Shown here piece after piece: positions 53,279-64,000 of a stretch of DNA of 64,000 bases; positions within the stretch are counted from its first letter, which is position 1, and each line of letters starts with the position of its first letter. The notes under the pieces are model-generated. The model searched no databases, was not told where the DNA came from, and saw only the letters and a list, made by a program, of their open reading frames with translations. A program made the position numbers and the translations under genes. Source of the stretch: Octopus vulgaris (lineage: Eukaryota); NCBI GenBank assembly GCA_951406725.2, contig OX597839.1, positions 27,404,001 through 27,468,000 on the forward strand, read 5' to 3'.

Positions 53279-54187
53279 AATATCATTTTGTGCGTATATG
53301 TGTGTGTGAGTGTATGTGTGTGTGTGTGAAGGAACGTAGCTTAGTGGTTAGTGTATTCGGCTCACGATCATAAGATAGTGAGTTCAATTCCCGGCGACGC
53401 GCAGTATCCTTGAGCAAGACACTTTATTCCACCTTGTTCCACTTCACCCAGCTGGCAAAAATGAGTTATACCTGTAATTCAAAAGGGACCAGCCTTTGAG
53501 AGGTTTTAGTCGATTACATCGACCCCAGTACGTAACTGGTACTTAATTTCTCGACCCGAAAGGATGAAAGGCAAAGTCGACCCCGGCAGAATTTGAACTC
53601 AGAACGTGAAGACAGACGAGATACCACTAAGCATTTCGCCCGGGGTGCTAACGATTCTGCCAGCTCACCGCATTACGAGTGGTATAATAATAGCTAACAG
53701 CAAAAAGCCAGCAGGCTACGAATAAATTAGTTATTATCGACAGGAGTCGTGTTTGTAACGAATAACAATTAGGACATGGAATTTAAGCTGGATCTGCTGT
53801 TTATTATTCGCAACAAACAATGCTTCTGTCAGTGATGGCTAATGTGATGTATAATCAATCATTAGCTGTGAACTCTGTGAGAATCCGCGGTCTTATTCCC
53901 GTGTTGGATGTCGGTTATAGCACACTTATTGAAGCTGCGCCCTCAGGCGGTGTTAATGGTAGTTAGAATGCTGTTTATAGTGTGACAAGTTTTGAGGCAT
54001 TGAATTGTGAAGCAACTCAACAACGCCAGCTTCATAAATTATTTTTAGTCTTTACAGGAGTAAATTTATTTACGACGAAAAGTATAATTAATACCTGCAG
54101 GTGTATGTTTATAACAAAAGCTATATTTAATCTCTACAGGTGAATCTTTATTGACATAAACTATATAATTAATCGTATCGTATCGTA

Positions 54188-54524
54188 GCACTCCGTCGGT
54201 TACGACGACGAGGGTTCCAGTTGTTCCGATCGATGGAGCAGCCTTCACGTGAAATTAACGTGCAAGTGACTGAGCATTCCACGGACACGTGTACCCTTAG
54301 CGTAGTTCTCGGGGAGAATCGGCGTGACAGAGAGTGTGACAAGGCTGGCCCCTATGAAATCACGGGTACAACAGAAACAGGAAGAAAGCGTGTGAGAAAG
54401 GTGTGGTGAAAGAGCTTTAGATGTTTTCGCTCAATAAGCACTCACAACGCCCGGTCTGGGAATCGAAACCGCGATCCTACGATTACGACTCCGCTGCCCT
54501 AACCACTGTGCAATTGCGCCTCCA
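54188..54524 (-). mobile_element. SINE family D (tail type 1), internally deleted
   Basis: Reverse-complement homology to 43647-44030. Confidence 0.85.
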
Positions 54525-54591
54525 CATTTAATTAATATCTACAGGTGTATCTTTATGACAAACTTGATATTTAGTCTCTACACGTGTATCT

Positions 54592-54691
54592 NNNNNNNNN
54601 NNNNNNNNNNNNNNNNNNNNNNNNNNNNNNNNNNNNNNNNNNNNNNNNNNNNNNNNNNNNNNNNNNNNNNNNNNNNNNNNNNNNNNNNNNN
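54592..54691. other. Assembly gap (100 N)
   Basis: Run of N. Confidence 1.

Positions 54692-64000
<9,309 letters not shown>

Overview
Repeat-saturated, AT-rich eukaryotic DNA. The SINE families look like those of an Octopus genome (from recall, not checked by search). No host protein-coding gene can be supported; almost all ORF-track entries are microsatellite translations. Recognisable content: a young 5'-truncated CR1/L2-group LINE (7337-9810); remnants of L1/Tx1, RTE, Penelope (GIY-YIG) and two Tc1/mariner elements; three non-autonomous Helitrons; a hAT MITE; at least four tRNA-derived SINE families; an (AAT)n-targeted non-coding element; and a ~10-kb duplication across an N-gap (42084-52063 vs 54692-64000), probably an uncollapsed haplotype. 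The most interesting signal is about 15 minimal type-I hammerhead-ribozyme motifs (CTGANGA...GAAA, palindromic stem III, GTA/GTT). They lie in short non-coding elements embedded in (TA)n tracts, some as long fold-back palindromes, consistent with a Penelope-derived or retrozyme-like (TA)n-targeting system. Two unrelated fold-back elements occupy the same (TA)n site in the two duplicated copies.
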